A stretch of DNA of 64,000 nucleotides, from assembly GCA_947478395.1 (NCBI GenBank), contig CANJVR010000006.1, positions 65,007 to 129,006 on the forward strand, read 5' to 3'. Shown here piece by piece: positions 9,719 to 20,861 of this stretch. Source of the DNA: Opitutia bacterium (GTDB taxonomy: Bacteria > Verrucomicrobiota > Verrucomicrobiia > Opitutales > Opitutaceae). A program made the translations under genes and the position numbers. The notes under the pieces are model-generated. The model was not told the DNA's origin. It was given only the letters and a program-made list of their open reading frames with translations, and did no database searches. Within the stretch, counting starts at the first letter, position 1. Each line of letters starts with the position of its first letter.

Positions 9719-11083
9719 ATGGCCATTCAGCTCTACGACTCGCTTGAGCGTAAACTCAAACCACTCGCCCCGTCGCACGCCGACGGCGTGATTCGGTTCT
9801 ATAATTGCGGCCCCACGGTCTACGCCCCGGCCCACATCGGCAATTTCCGCACCTTTGTCATTAACGATGTTCTCCGCCGTCTCCTCGAACTCGAGCTCGG
9901 TGCGGGGAAAGTGAAACACGTCCGCAATCTCACCGATGTCGACGACCGCACGATCAGCCAGGCGCAGCGGGAAAAACATCCGCTGGGCGAAATCACAAAG
10001 AAGTGGACCGCGAAATTCCACGCCGATTGCGACGCGCTCAACTGCCTGCGGCCGCACGTCGAGCCCACGGCGACCGGCCACATTCCCGAGCAGGTCAGCA
10101 TGATCGAGTGCCTGATGGAAAAGGGTAACGCCTACCGCGCCGCGGATGGCTCGGTGTATTTCAAAATCGATTCCTTCCCGGGCTACGGCGCTTTGTCGCG
10201 CATCAAGGAGCGCGAACTCAAGGTCACCAACACGGTCGCCGATGCCGACCATAAGGATTCCGTCTCCGATTTCGCCCTCTGGAAAGCGTACAAGCCCGAG
10301 GAGGACGGCGACGTGAAATGGCCCGGTCCCGCGGGTGCGAGCGAAGGCCGTCCTGGCTGGCACATCGAGTGCAGCGCGATGATCAAAAAGCATCTCGGCA
10401 AAACCATCGACCTCCACACCGGCGGCGTGGATTTGTTGTTTCCCCACCACGAAAACGAGATCGCGCAAAGCCAATGCTGCAACGGCACGACCTTCGCGCG
10501 TCACTGGTACCACAGCGAACATCTCCTCGTGGAAGGCACGACGATGAGCAAGAGCAAGGGTAACTATTACACGCTCAGCGATCTCGTGGAAAAGGGCTAC
10601 TCCCCGATGGCCGTACGTTACGCGCTGCTCATGGGCCATCCGCGGAAACAACTGAACTTCATGCTGGATTCGCTGCACGCGGCGGAAAGCGCGCTCGCGA
10701 ATCTAAGGGCTTATCGTGCCTCACTGGCACCCGTCACCACGGCTCACGACGCCTTCGCTCCGGTATTCGCCGCCCTCGAAGACGACCTCAACACGCCCGG
10801 CGCGCTCGGCGCGCTCTTCACGATCATCAATCGCAAAGAAGGCCCAGCCGACGCCGCGGCCTTCGATCGCGTGATGTTCGCTCTCGGTTTGGACCTTAAT
10901 CAAGCGGCCCCACCGAAAGCCGAAACGCCCAAGGAGATCACCGCTCTCGCCGAAAAACGCTGGGCTGCAAAACAGGCCAAAGACTTCGCCGCCGCCGATG
11001 CGCTGCGCAAAGAACTCTCCGCCGCCGGGTGGTCCATGCTCGACCGCAAAGACGGCTACTCCCTCGAACCGCTGAAAAAATAA
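9719..11083 (+). CDS. cysS: Cysteinyl-tRNA synthetase
   Basis: CGPTVY, HIGN, DFALWK, GRPGWHIECSAM, FPHHENE and xMSKS motifs. Confidence 0.97.
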   Translation: MAIQLYDSLERKLKPLAPSHADGVIRFYNCGPTVYAPAHIGNFRTFVINDVLRRLLELELGAGKVKHVRNLTDVDDRTISQAQREKHPLGEITKKWTAKFHADCDALNCLRPHVEPTATGHIPEQVSMIECLMEKGNAYRAADGSVYFKIDSFPGYGALSRIKERELKVTNTVADADHKDSVSDFALWKAYKPEEDGDVKWPGPAGASEGRPGWHIECSAMIKKHLGKTIDLHTGGVDLLFPHHENEIAQSQCCNGTTFARHWYHSEHLLVEGTTMSKSKGNYYTLSDLVEKGYSPMAVRYALLMGHPRKQLNFMLDSLHAAESALANLRAYRASLAPVTTAHDAFAPVFAALEDDLNTPGALGALFTIINRKEGPADAAAFDRVMFALGLDLNQAAPPKAETPKEITALAEKRWAAKQAKDFAAADALRKELSAAGWSMLDRKDGYSLEPLKK

Positions 11084-11203
11084 CCCCACGCCGCGATGGC
11101 CCGAAAAATACCGATCAGCTCGCCCGCGCTCGAATCTTAGTTCCTTTGCGTCTTCCCGCTTAATCCGAATTCATTTTCTTTTCCCTCCTTTTCCACTTCC
11201 GCC

Positions 11204-13156
11204 ATGTCCATGTCCCCCCTCGAAGAACTCCGTCACTCCGCGTCGCACATTCTCGCGACAGCCATCCTGCGCATCTTCCCCGATGCCAAACTCGACATCG
11301 GCCCGCCGACGGACACGGGGTTCTATTACGATGTCGACCTCGACCATAAATTCACGGCCGAGGATCTCACGAAGCTCGAGGCCGAGATGAAAAAAATCGC
11401 CGACGAAAACCAGCCGTTCTACCGCAAGGAAGTTTCGCGCGAGGAAGCCGTCGAGATCATCAAAGCCCGCGGCCAGGAGCGCTACAAACTCGGCCGGCTC
11501 GCCGATATTCCTGCCGACGAAAAAATTTCGTTCTACCAAAACGGCGAGTTCATGGATCTCTGCGCCGGCACGCACGTGCGCTACTCGTCGAAGTTGAAAG
11601 CGTTTAAACTCCTTTCCATCGCCGGCGCCTATCACCGCGGCGACGAAAAAAACAAACAACTCCAGCGCATCTACGGCACCGCGTTTCCGACGAAGGAAGA
11701 ACTCGCGCAACACCTCGACCGCCTCGAACAGGCCCGGGCGCGCGATCACCGCAAGCTCGGCAAGGAGCTGAAACTTTTCCACATCGACGAAGACGTCGGC
11801 CAGGGCCTGATCCTCTGGACGCCCAACGGCTCGATCATCCGCCAGGAGTTGCAGGACTTCATCGGCGGGGAACTCCGGAAGCAGGGCTACTCGCAGGTCT
11901 TCACGCCGCACATCGGTAAACTCGAGCTCTACAAAACCTCCGGCCACTTTCCCTACTACAAGGAATCACAGTTCCCCCCGATCTTCGAAAACGAGTCGCT
12001 CGCGAAAGCGATCGGCGAAGGTTGCGCGTGCGGCGATGCATTCGCCCGGCTCGAAGCCGTCTCCGCACGGCTCGCGGCGCAAATCAACCAGCGCACCGGC
12101 AAGGAAACGATCGCGCCCGACCGCGTGCGGCCCGACGACCAGCTCCTCGACGGCTTCATGCTGAAGCCGATGAACTGCCCGCATCACATCAAGATTTTCG
12201 CCTCGCAGCCGCACAGTTACCGCGATCTGCCCGTGCGTCTCGCCGAGTTCGGCACCGTTTACCGCTGGGAACAATCCGGCGAACTCAACGGCATGACGCG
12301 CGTCCGCGGCTTCACGCAGGACGACGCCCATCTTTTCTGCACCGAGGATCAAGTCGCTGCGGAAGTGCTCGGCTGTCTCGCGCTCGTGAAAGTCGTGCTC
12401 TCAACGCTTGGCATGCACGACTACCGGGTGCGCGTCGGCCTGCGCGATCCCGACGGCAAAAAATTCGCGGGGAATCCGGAGCAATGGGATAAAGCGGAGG
12501 CCGCCTGTCGCGACGCCGCGAAAACTCTCGGCGTGCCTTTCACCGAGGAGCCGGGCGAGGCCGCGTTCTACGGACCGAAGATCGACTTTGTCATCAAGGA
12601 CGTGATCGGCCGCGAGTGGCAGCTCGGCACCGTGCAGGTGGATTACGTTCTCCCGGTGCGCTTCGATCTTTTCTACACGGGCGCCGATAACGAAAAACAT
12701 CGTCCGGTGATGATCCACCGCGCGCCCTTCGGCTCGATGGAGCGTTTTTGCGGCGTGCTGATCGAACACTTCGGCGGTGATTTCCCGGTCTGGCTCGCAC
12801 CGGAGCAAGTCCGCCTTGTGCCCATCAGCGACAAAGTGAACGACTACGGCGCGGGCCTACTCGCGCAGCTCAAGGCCGCTGGTTTTCGCGCGTCGCTCGA
12901 CACGCACAGCGACAAGCTCGGGGCCAAAATCCGCCGCGCTGAACTGGACAAAATTCCGTACACGCTCGTGCTCGGCGGCAAGGAAGCTGAAGCCCAAGCC
13001 GTGAGCGTACGCAGTCGCGCGAAAGGCGACGAAGGCGTGATGCCCTTTGCCGATTATCTCGCGCGCTTGAAAACCGAAATTGCGACCCGCGCGCTGGCGG
13101 AAAAGAAAGCCCAGCCGACGTCTCCCGCTCCGACTGCGCCCAACCCGAATCAATAA
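11204..13156 (+). CDS. thrS: Threonyl-tRNA synthetase
   Basis: HSASH, DLCAGTH, RDHRKLG, KPMNCPHH, RVRGFTQDDAH, FYGPKID motifs. Confidence 0.97.
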   Translation: MSMSPLEELRHSASHILATAILRIFPDAKLDIGPPTDTGFYYDVDLDHKFTAEDLTKLEAEMKKIADENQPFYRKEVSREEAVEIIKARGQERYKLGRLADIPADEKISFYQNGEFMDLCAGTHVRYSSKLKAFKLLSIAGAYHRGDEKNKQLQRIYGTAFPTKEELAQHLDRLEQARARDHRKLGKELKLFHIDEDVGQGLILWTPNGSIIRQELQDFIGGELRKQGYSQVFTPHIGKLELYKTSGHFPYYKESQFPPIFENESLAKAIGEGCACGDAFARLEAVSARLAAQINQRTGKETIAPDRVRPDDQLLDGFMLKPMNCPHHIKIFASQPHSYRDLPVRLAEFGTVYRWEQSGELNGMTRVRGFTQDDAHLFCTEDQVAAEVLGCLALVKVVLSTLGMHDYRVRVGLRDPDGKKFAGNPEQWDKAEAACRDAAKTLGVPFTEEPGEAAFYGPKIDFVIKDVIGREWQLGTVQVDYVLPVRFDLFYTGADNEKHRPVMIHRAPFGSMERFCGVLIEHFGGDFPVWLAPEQVRLVPISDKVNDYGAGLLAQLKAAGFRASLDTHSDKLGAKIRRAELDKIPYTLVLGGKEAEAQAVSVRSRAKGDEGVMPFADYLARLKTEIATRALAEKKAQPTSPAPTAPNPNQ

Positions 13157-13232
13157 TCCGAAGCGAAGACAGGGCGCTTTATCCATAACGTGCCCTACCT
13201 TCGAGCTTGGTCGCTTCGTGCCTCACCTTCCG

Positions 13233-13745
13233 ATGATTTCTGAGCCCGAGTTGCCCGCGTGGAAACCCGAACTCGACGCCATCGTGGGCGCGCGCCACGG
13301 CGGACAGGTGGAGCACGTTCTGGGTTTACTGCAAAAGCTGGATGGCCGTTTTCCCCACGTCGCCGAGATCGCTTTTCAACTCGCTTGGACGCACGACGTG
13401 CTCACTCAGCCGCGCGAAGCCCGGCCCCACTATGAACGTGCGATCGCGCTTGGCTTGGCCGCCAACGAACTTGCCGGTGCGCTCATCGGTCTGGGCTCGA
13501 CGTGGCGCAGTCTCGGTGAGCCAGCTCGCGCGGCGGAGATTTTACGCGCGGGTCGCACGCAATTTCCGAATCATCGCGAGTTCGATATTTTTCTAGCTCT
13601 AGCCTTACACGATCTCGGAGATCACACGGCCGCATTGCAGCTCGCGCTCACGGCTCTCGTGGAGACCAGCGATGATCCGGGCGTTACCGCGTATCAGCGC
13701 ACGATCCGGTTTCAGGCGGTAAAATTGGGCGGCGATCGGAAGTAA
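13233..13745 (+). CDS. Tetratricopeptide-repeat protein
   Basis: TPR-like helices (AWTHDVL..EARPHYERAIALG; LIGLGSTWRSLG). Confidence 0.8.
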   Translation: MISEPELPAWKPELDAIVGARHGGQVEHVLGLLQKLDGRFPHVAEIAFQLAWTHDVLTQPREARPHYERAIALGLAANELAGALIGLGSTWRSLGEPARAAEILRAGRTQFPNHREFDIFLALALHDLGDHTAALQLALTALVETSDDPGVTAYQRTIRFQAVKLGGDRK

Positions 13746-14381
13746 GCGTCGTTTTGTCGGCGGGGTGCCCTCACGCGCATGGAATGCGCCCAGCCAGCAA
13801 CGCCCGTCGCCGGATGAGGGCAACCCGGCCGCACAATGAAATCATGTAGCCTGTGACCAGCGTGCGTTGCCGATGCGGAAAACGTTCCCGCGCCCACGCC
13901 AGACAATTCATGCCGTTGGCTTCTGGCGCTAAGGGGCGGCGACCTCGATCTCGAACGATCGTTTCTTAAAAATGAAATCGGCCTCGCAGGCGGAGGTGAC
14001 AGCGTTGACAGCGCAGTTGGAATCGAGCGCCGCCGCGATCACTTCCAGGAGAGGCTTCGCGGCAACGACCAGTAATCCGCCCGCCCGATCTGATCAGCTC
14101 GAGGCCGAAGCAGCGGCAAGAAAGCCGCCCCGCTGCTGGGCGTGAATTCCCCGAAAACCGGCAAGCGGGCTGACGGCCGGCTCAGCTCCGGTCAGGTGCA
14201 TCTCAACATTACGGCCCGATGCTGGGCTAAACCGCCGAGGAAGCGTCCAGCTCTTTTCGATTTGGATCGGTTGAACGCGACCGAAATTTTCTGCGCTCGG
14301 ATCTTCCACCCGAATGTGGAGTTCTAAGGAAAGATAATACCAGCCACCCTTAATTTCTCCGCCTCCAAACCGAAATTTTAT

Positions 14382-14450
14382 TAACCACGGATTTCACGGA
14401 TGGCACGGATAGGGCAAAAGCATCCGTGGCATCTGTGAAATCCGTGGTTA
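14382..14450. repeat. Inverted repeat built from 9-nt-periodic CACGGA units
   Basis: TAACCACGGATTTCACGGATGGCACGGAT ... ATCCGTGGCATCTGTGAAATCCGTGGTTA. Confidence 0.85.
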
Positions 14451-14470
14451 CCGGCATGGCGGGTTGGGAT

Positions 14471-14542
14471 AAAAAGCCGGGCCCGGAGGCCCCGGCTCAA
14501 TATCCGTCATCCTGCTCTACCCCACGGTAGAGCAGGAACGGA
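14471..14542 (-). terminator. Tandem hairpins / intrinsic terminator after the TonB receptor gene
   Basis: Hairpin TCCTGCTCTAC-CCACG-GTAGAGCAGGA, then a GC hairpin AGCCGGG..CCCGGCT followed by a T run on the minus strand. Confidence 0.7.
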
Positions 14543-14548
14543 CCCGGA

Positions 14549-17500
14549 CTAGAACTTCGTGGTCACACTCAGCAGAACATTCCGCGGAGTCTGACGCCAC
14601 CAGTAGAGCCCTGGCACGGTTACGCGCGAGGGATTGTTGAGGTCGCCATTACGCGGGCGCAGATTCGTCCCGATGTAAATCGGATCGATATCGCTGAGCA
14701 AATTGTCGACCTTGAGATCGAACTCAAATGTCAGCTTGTTGCTGTATTTCCACAGATAACCGAGGTTCAGCGTGACGTTATAGTAGGCATCCGACTTCAC
14801 CGTGTCGTATGGTCCGACCGAGGGATCATCGATCGTACGAGTCGAGTTGGCTGGATCGACGATCGTGTCGCTGCCGCGGTAGCCGATAACTTGCGCGCCG
14901 CGATAATTCACGCCGCCGCCGATTTTCACGCCCTTGAGGACGCCGGAGGAGAAGCGATAGTCGGTGTAGATGTTAGCGATGAACTTCATCGAACGGGCCA
15001 AGTCCTGCGCACCCGTGACGATGCTTTGGCGATCTTGGTAAACGGCGTTCCAAGCTGTCGCCACGTTCTGGTGCTCGTTGTTTGGCGCACGCAGATTGGC
15101 GGCAACCGAAGGATCGACGGTCGCGAAATTTGAGCTGTCGATCAAGATGCCGGAGTCGGCCAGGACCTGCTTCAGCGCCGTCTGGTTCGCGTCGAAATAA
15201 TTACGGAAGTCCGGCGCGGTGTCTTTCTGCACTGCTTTTGGCAAAGCAAAGTTGAACGTCATGCGCCAGTGCGGCGTGAGGTTCGCGATCGTTTCGAATT
15301 CAACGCCTTTGTTTTCACGGGTGCGAGAATCCCAGCCGGGGGATGGCACGAGCGGAATGCCGCGGGCATTGATACCGTTGTCCGACGTGTCCCCGAGTTT
15401 GTTCGAACTCAGGATCGTGTTGAAGCTCGCCCAGCGTGCGATGCCGAGATTGCCCGTGTTGATGCCCTCGTTCTCTTCCTTGCCCTCGTAGTAGGTGACG
15501 GTGGTGTTGAGGCGGCCGCCGAGTAGATTGAAACGCAAACTCGCGTCCTTGCCCTCAGATTTGCGCATCGGGAAAGTCGTGCCGTCGAAACGCTGAGGCG
15601 CATCGTTATAGTCCGCGCCCTGGGAATAATTCACCGCCGCGGTGATCCACGAGTTGATGTGATAAACGAGCCCGCCAAACGCGGAACGGGTCCGTGCGTT
15701 CAGGGGTGGATTCGAGTAATCGGCACGGAAGCGATCGTTCTTATATTGCGCCAGCCGGAAGCCAGCCGAGTCACGCGGGACCGAGACCGCGGGTTGCGCC
15801 GGGCCGGTCGGAACTCCATTCGCGTCCTTTGGAATGTAAGTGAGCCCCGTCCATTCCGCTTGGGAAATAAACGGCAGGAACTTTGATTTGTACGGATTCC
15901 AGTTCGTGCCGACGAGATCGCGATTGTTCCAAGACACGCGGCCTTGGCGGTAAACATCGTCAACGCGGCCCGATGCGATACCGATCAGGCGGCCATCGAA
16001 CCAACGGCCGCGAATGGACGCCTGCCCAAATTCAACTTTGCGATTTTCCTCGTTGAAGCCGGGAATCCAGCCCGCGCCGGCGCTCTGGACGTTGCCGGCA
16101 TTATCGAGATAGCTGACCGTCGTGGGCAGGTTCATATTGAAGCTGTCCGGATAACGCAGGTAGCGGCGGAACATGACTTGTTCGCTGGCCTGATTCCAGT
16201 TCGCCGTCTCGTTCCCGCGCTCCACCTGGTAGGAGTCGGCTGTGTAATACCGGTCAGAATAAGCGCTGCCCATCATGGCTTGGAGCGTGTAGCTGCCGAA
16301 GCGTGTGTCATCGAGCACATAGGCGGCGGAAAGCCGGTGATTACGACCACGCCAGTCGTCATGCCGCTTCTGCAGGCGACCTTCCGTATACGGCTCCAAG
16401 AACATCGGATTGGCCCGCCCATCGGGCAACGTGCGGTTGATGTCGATGTACTCGTTGATACCGGTGCCCGCGTAAACGTGCTGATAAGCGTTCCGCTCGT
16501 TATAGGAGGTGTTACTGGCCATCTCCAAATAGAGATTTCCGATCTGATGCGTGAGAAACACGGAAGCGATGCGCGCATCGCGCCAGGACAATGGGTCGTT
16601 CGTGAGGCCGAAGCGGTCCTTGATGCCGGGCACGCGGAAATTAGAATTGGCCTGCGCCACGTCGTAACGATTGCCGGGGAGATTAAAGCCCTCGGTCACC
16701 GGCGTGAGGTCGAAGTTATTATTTCCAACGTAGGACGCGCCGCCGAGCTTGCTCGTGGCCGTAACGCCGGTCGTGCGACCCTGCCCCATCGCGTCGATGA
16801 TATTAATTTGGTTCTGAGCCGGCGAATAGATGAACGAATTCACGTTCGTCGCGAGATTGCCGTAGGAAACCACCCCGAGCGCCGCCGCATTGGACGGTGT
16901 GGCCTGACGGCTGGCATAAACCGTTTTCCCGTCCCAGCCCATGATGCCGTCGTAGTAGGTGTGGTAGGGCGTGTTGATGTCGTAGAATCCGCGCTCGGCC
17001 TCGACGCGGAGTTCGGTGCGTTCGAACAAGCGAAGTTTACCGGCCAGATGGATGGCGCGGTTTTTCTTACTTTCGCCGTCGCGCCAGCCTTGAGCAACTT
17101 GCTCGAGCGCATTCACCCGGATGGCCGCCCGCGCGTTCAAGCGCAGGTTATAGTCGAGCGTGGCCCGGCGGTTATCCCAAGAGCCGTAAGTAAGGCGTAA
17201 TTCGCCAAAATTTTTATCGAGTCGCGCCTGTTTGGTGATCGCGCTTTGCGCACCACCGAACGATGCAAAACCGAACAACACCGCATTGGGCCCGCGGCCG
17301 TAGTCGATGCGGTCCAGATTATACGAATCGAAATCCATCTGGTATTGGAAGAAATCGCGCTGGGCAAAAAAGCTCGAGACGCCGCGGCTGGAAACCAGGA
17401 CGGAGCCGCCGTAGGTGTTTTCGTGGCCATGGTCTGGCACCCGGGTGGTATTGGGCGCCCAGTCCGCTGCCTGTTCCAGGCTCGTGATTTGCAGGGCGTC

Positions 17501-17827
17501 GAGGAATTCTTTGTTCAAAACCGAATACGCCACCGGCGCATCCTTCAGATCGATGGCCAACCGGCCGCCGGCAACGGCGGTCGCGGCGGCGAAGCCCTGG
17601 TCGCGCCCGGTGTTCACCTCAAACGGGGTCAACAAGACGGTCCCTTCTTTCGATTCCGAGGCGACCGAAATCACCGCGGATTTAGGAGCGGGCGTGGACT
17701 GGCTTGCACCGGGAGCCACAGCCTGACCGTGCAGGAAAACAGCCGGGGTAAAGAGGAGGACGGCGGCGAGTGCGCCCCAGCGGGAACGCGAGCGATTGAG
17801 GTTATTAGTAGCGACGGGTCGGATCAT
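14549..17827 (-). CDS. Large TonB-dependent receptor-like outer-membrane protein
   Basis: Signal peptide, TVLLTPFEV, plug-like segment (DSYNLDRIDYGRGPNAVLFG), barrel-like strands and C-terminal Phe. An alternative in-frame GTG lies at 17935. Confidence 0.88.
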   Translation of the reverse strand: MIRPVATNNLNRSRSRWGALAAVLLFTPAVFLHGQAVAPGASQSTPAPKSAVISVASESKEGTVLLTPFEVNTGRDQGFAAATAVAGGRLAIDLKDAPVAYSVLNKEFLDALQITSLEQAADWAPNTTRVPDHGHENTYGGSVLVSSRGVSSFFAQRDFFQYQMDFDSYNLDRIDYGRGPNAVLFGFASFGGAQSAITKQARLDKNFGELRLTYGSWDNRRATLDYNLRLNARAAIRVNALEQVAQGWRDGESKKNRAIHLAGKLRLFERTELRVEAERGFYDINTPYHTYYDGIMGWDGKTVYASRQATPSNAAALGVVSYGNLATNVNSFIYSPAQNQINIIDAMGQGRTTGVTATSKLGGASYVGNNNFDLTPVTEGFNLPGNRYDVAQANSNFRVPGIKDRFGLTNDPLSWRDARIASVFLTHQIGNLYLEMASNTSYNERNAYQHVYAGTGINEYIDINRTLPDGRANPMFLEPYTEGRLQKRHDDWRGRNHRLSAAYVLDDTRFGSYTLQAMMGSAYSDRYYTADSYQVERGNETANWNQASEQVMFRRYLRYPDSFNMNLPTTVSYLDNAGNVQSAGAGWIPGFNEENRKVEFGQASIRGRWFDGRLIGIASGRVDDVYRQGRVSWNNRDLVGTNWNPYKSKFLPFISQAEWTGLTYIPKDANGVPTGPAQPAVSVPRDSAGFRLAQYKNDRFRADYSNPPLNARTRSAFGGLVYHINSWITAAVNYSQGADYNDAPQRFDGTTFPMRKSEGKDASLRFNLLGGRLNTTVTYYEGKEENEGINTGNLGIARWASFNTILSSNKLGDTSDNGINARGIPLVPSPGWDSRTRENKGVEFETIANLTPHWRMTFNFALPKAVQKDTAPDFRNYFDANQTALKQVLADSGILIDSSNFATVDPSVAANLRAPNNEHQNVATAWNAVYQDRQSIVTGAQDLARSMKFIANIYTDYRFSSGVLKGVKIGGGVNYRGAQVIGYRGSDTIVDPANSTRTIDDPSVGPYDTVKSDAYYNVTLNLGYLWKYSNKLTFEFDLKVDNLLSDIDPIYIGTNLRPRNGDLNNPSRVTVPGLYWWRQTPRNVLLSVTTKF

Positions 17828-18006
17828 GGTGTGCAGGGTTAATCTCAAGCCAGCAGGAGCCGGCGGGAGACGTTGGGGCTGGTGAATAACGAGGCTAAGG
17901 ACACAGACGACCTGAGGGGAAAGGCCGACGTTCACAGTTATGGTATAGCCTTGAAGGGGCGGGGATGGACGCGGATGACGGCGACTAATTCAAGCTCGTT
18001 TTCTGA

Positions 18007-19410
<1,404 letters not shown>

Positions 19411-19459
19411 TCGTTTCGATTAAAGCCGGGTGTTCCCCACCCGGCTCCTTCCTCCTTTC

Positions 19460-19490
19460 AGGCCGGGCTAAAAATGCCCGGCCTTTTTTG
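19460..19490 (+). terminator. Intrinsic terminator of eno
   Basis: AGGCCGGGC-TAAAAAT-GCCCGGCCT followed by a T run. Confidence 0.85.
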
Positions 19491-19768
19491 TGCGCCCACG
19501 GGAACACCGCCGCGTTCCGGCGCAGCCGCATGCGCTCCTCCCACGGTGCCCTTCGATTCATACCGATCAGACCAGATGAATTGGACCACGGTTTACCAGG
19601 GTGACACGGCCCCTTAGATGGCGTCATCCGTGTGATCCGTGATTTAAAACCCCTTCAGATCACCGGTGAAATCGTTCAAACGTCACGGTGATTGGGACCC
19701 AACCCCGATTTGCCTATCCCCTCGACCTCAGTCCAGCCCTTCATACGCTCCCGCCGAAACTCAATTCG

Positions 19769-20434
19769 ATGAAAACCTTTTTTCTTTGGTCCGGTGTTTT
19801 TGTCATCGCCCTCGCCGCTCGCGCGCTTGCCGCCGAAGAAACGCCCGCAAAACCAGCCGCGCCCGCCGCGGCTGCGACCCCGGCCACCGAGGAAATGATC
19901 CGCGCCCGATTGATCGAGCACACCAAATTAAAGGCCAATCCCAAGTCCGCGGCGCCAGCCACGAGCGCCTCGGCCGCCGCGGAAGGCCCCATCGCCAACG
20001 CGACGCCGGCTGCAGCCGAACCCACGGCGACTGCACCAGGAAATAAAGCGGACGCGGCTGCGGCCGCGGCCCAAGCGAAAACGGAGCCCGCCGGCGTGAT
20101 GCCCAAAGTCGAGGTCAACAAGCCACGCATCACCGTCCTCGATCATGAGCTCGCCCTGCAGGAAAAGGAAATCGCGCACGAGAAAAAGCTCACCAAGTCG
20201 TCCGAACTGGATCGCGCGCTGAACAACCCGAAAGTTTCCGTCTCTATCCTCGGTGGCGAATCCACGAAGTACCGCACCAACATGGCCAGCGAACGCGTCA
20301 GTTTGATGGAGTCCGAAAAGGATATCATCGAAGCCATCGCCCACGCGAAAACCAAAGAAGAAAAAGCTGAGCTTCAAAAGGAGCTCAACGAAATCAAAGC
20401 TCTCCGCCGCGATCTCGAAAAATCGGTGCGGTGA
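19769..20434 (+). CDS. Secreted hypothetical protein with an Ala/Pro linker and coiled coil
   Basis: Signal peptide (ARALA) and a K/E-rich helical C-terminus. Confidence 0.75.
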   Translation: MKTFFLWSGVFVIALAARALAAEETPAKPAAPAAAATPATEEMIRARLIEHTKLKANPKSAAPATSASAAAEGPIANATPAAAEPTATAPGNKADAAAAAAQAKTEPAGVMPKVEVNKPRITVLDHELALQEKEIAHEKKLTKSSELDRALNNPKVSVSILGGESTKYRTNMASERVSLMESEKDIIEAIAHAKTKEEKAELQKELNEIKALRRDLEKSVR

Positions 20435-20861
20435 CGCGACCTAGCGCGAGGCTCAGCCCGCTTCAGAGGGGTTTAACCCCGGGCCGGGAACGCGCGCCAG
20501 AGCGGCTTGAACGAATGCCTGCCGCTAACGAAGTGCCGGCCGAAACGAGGACGCCCAACACCGCAGGCCGAGACGCCCGCTGCTCCATAAAACCGCCACA
20601 GAAAAACCTAAACCGGGCTAAAGCGCCGCGCTCATTTAGCCCGGCGATTTCACCCGCCGGACGCTGTTAGAGGCGCTCGCAACGAGGGCGCTCGATCGGT
20701 TGCGACGGCGCGGCGAAAAAAGGATCCGCGAGTTCCAGCGGTTGCCGCCCAAGGTTTCCCAGCATCCGTTGCGCAGCTGCACTTCGTTCAAACGGCAAAC
20801 TTCTCCGCCGCCACCGTCGTGACGGATGAATTGATTGATCCCGGCCTCGTTGAGCGACCGC

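Noticed and set aside
13929..14309. Minus-strand frame with one in-frame TGA at 14094-14096 (possible readthrough or selenocysteine)
   Set aside because: No recognisable protein family or redox motif, and no SECIS I can support. At most decayed sequence.
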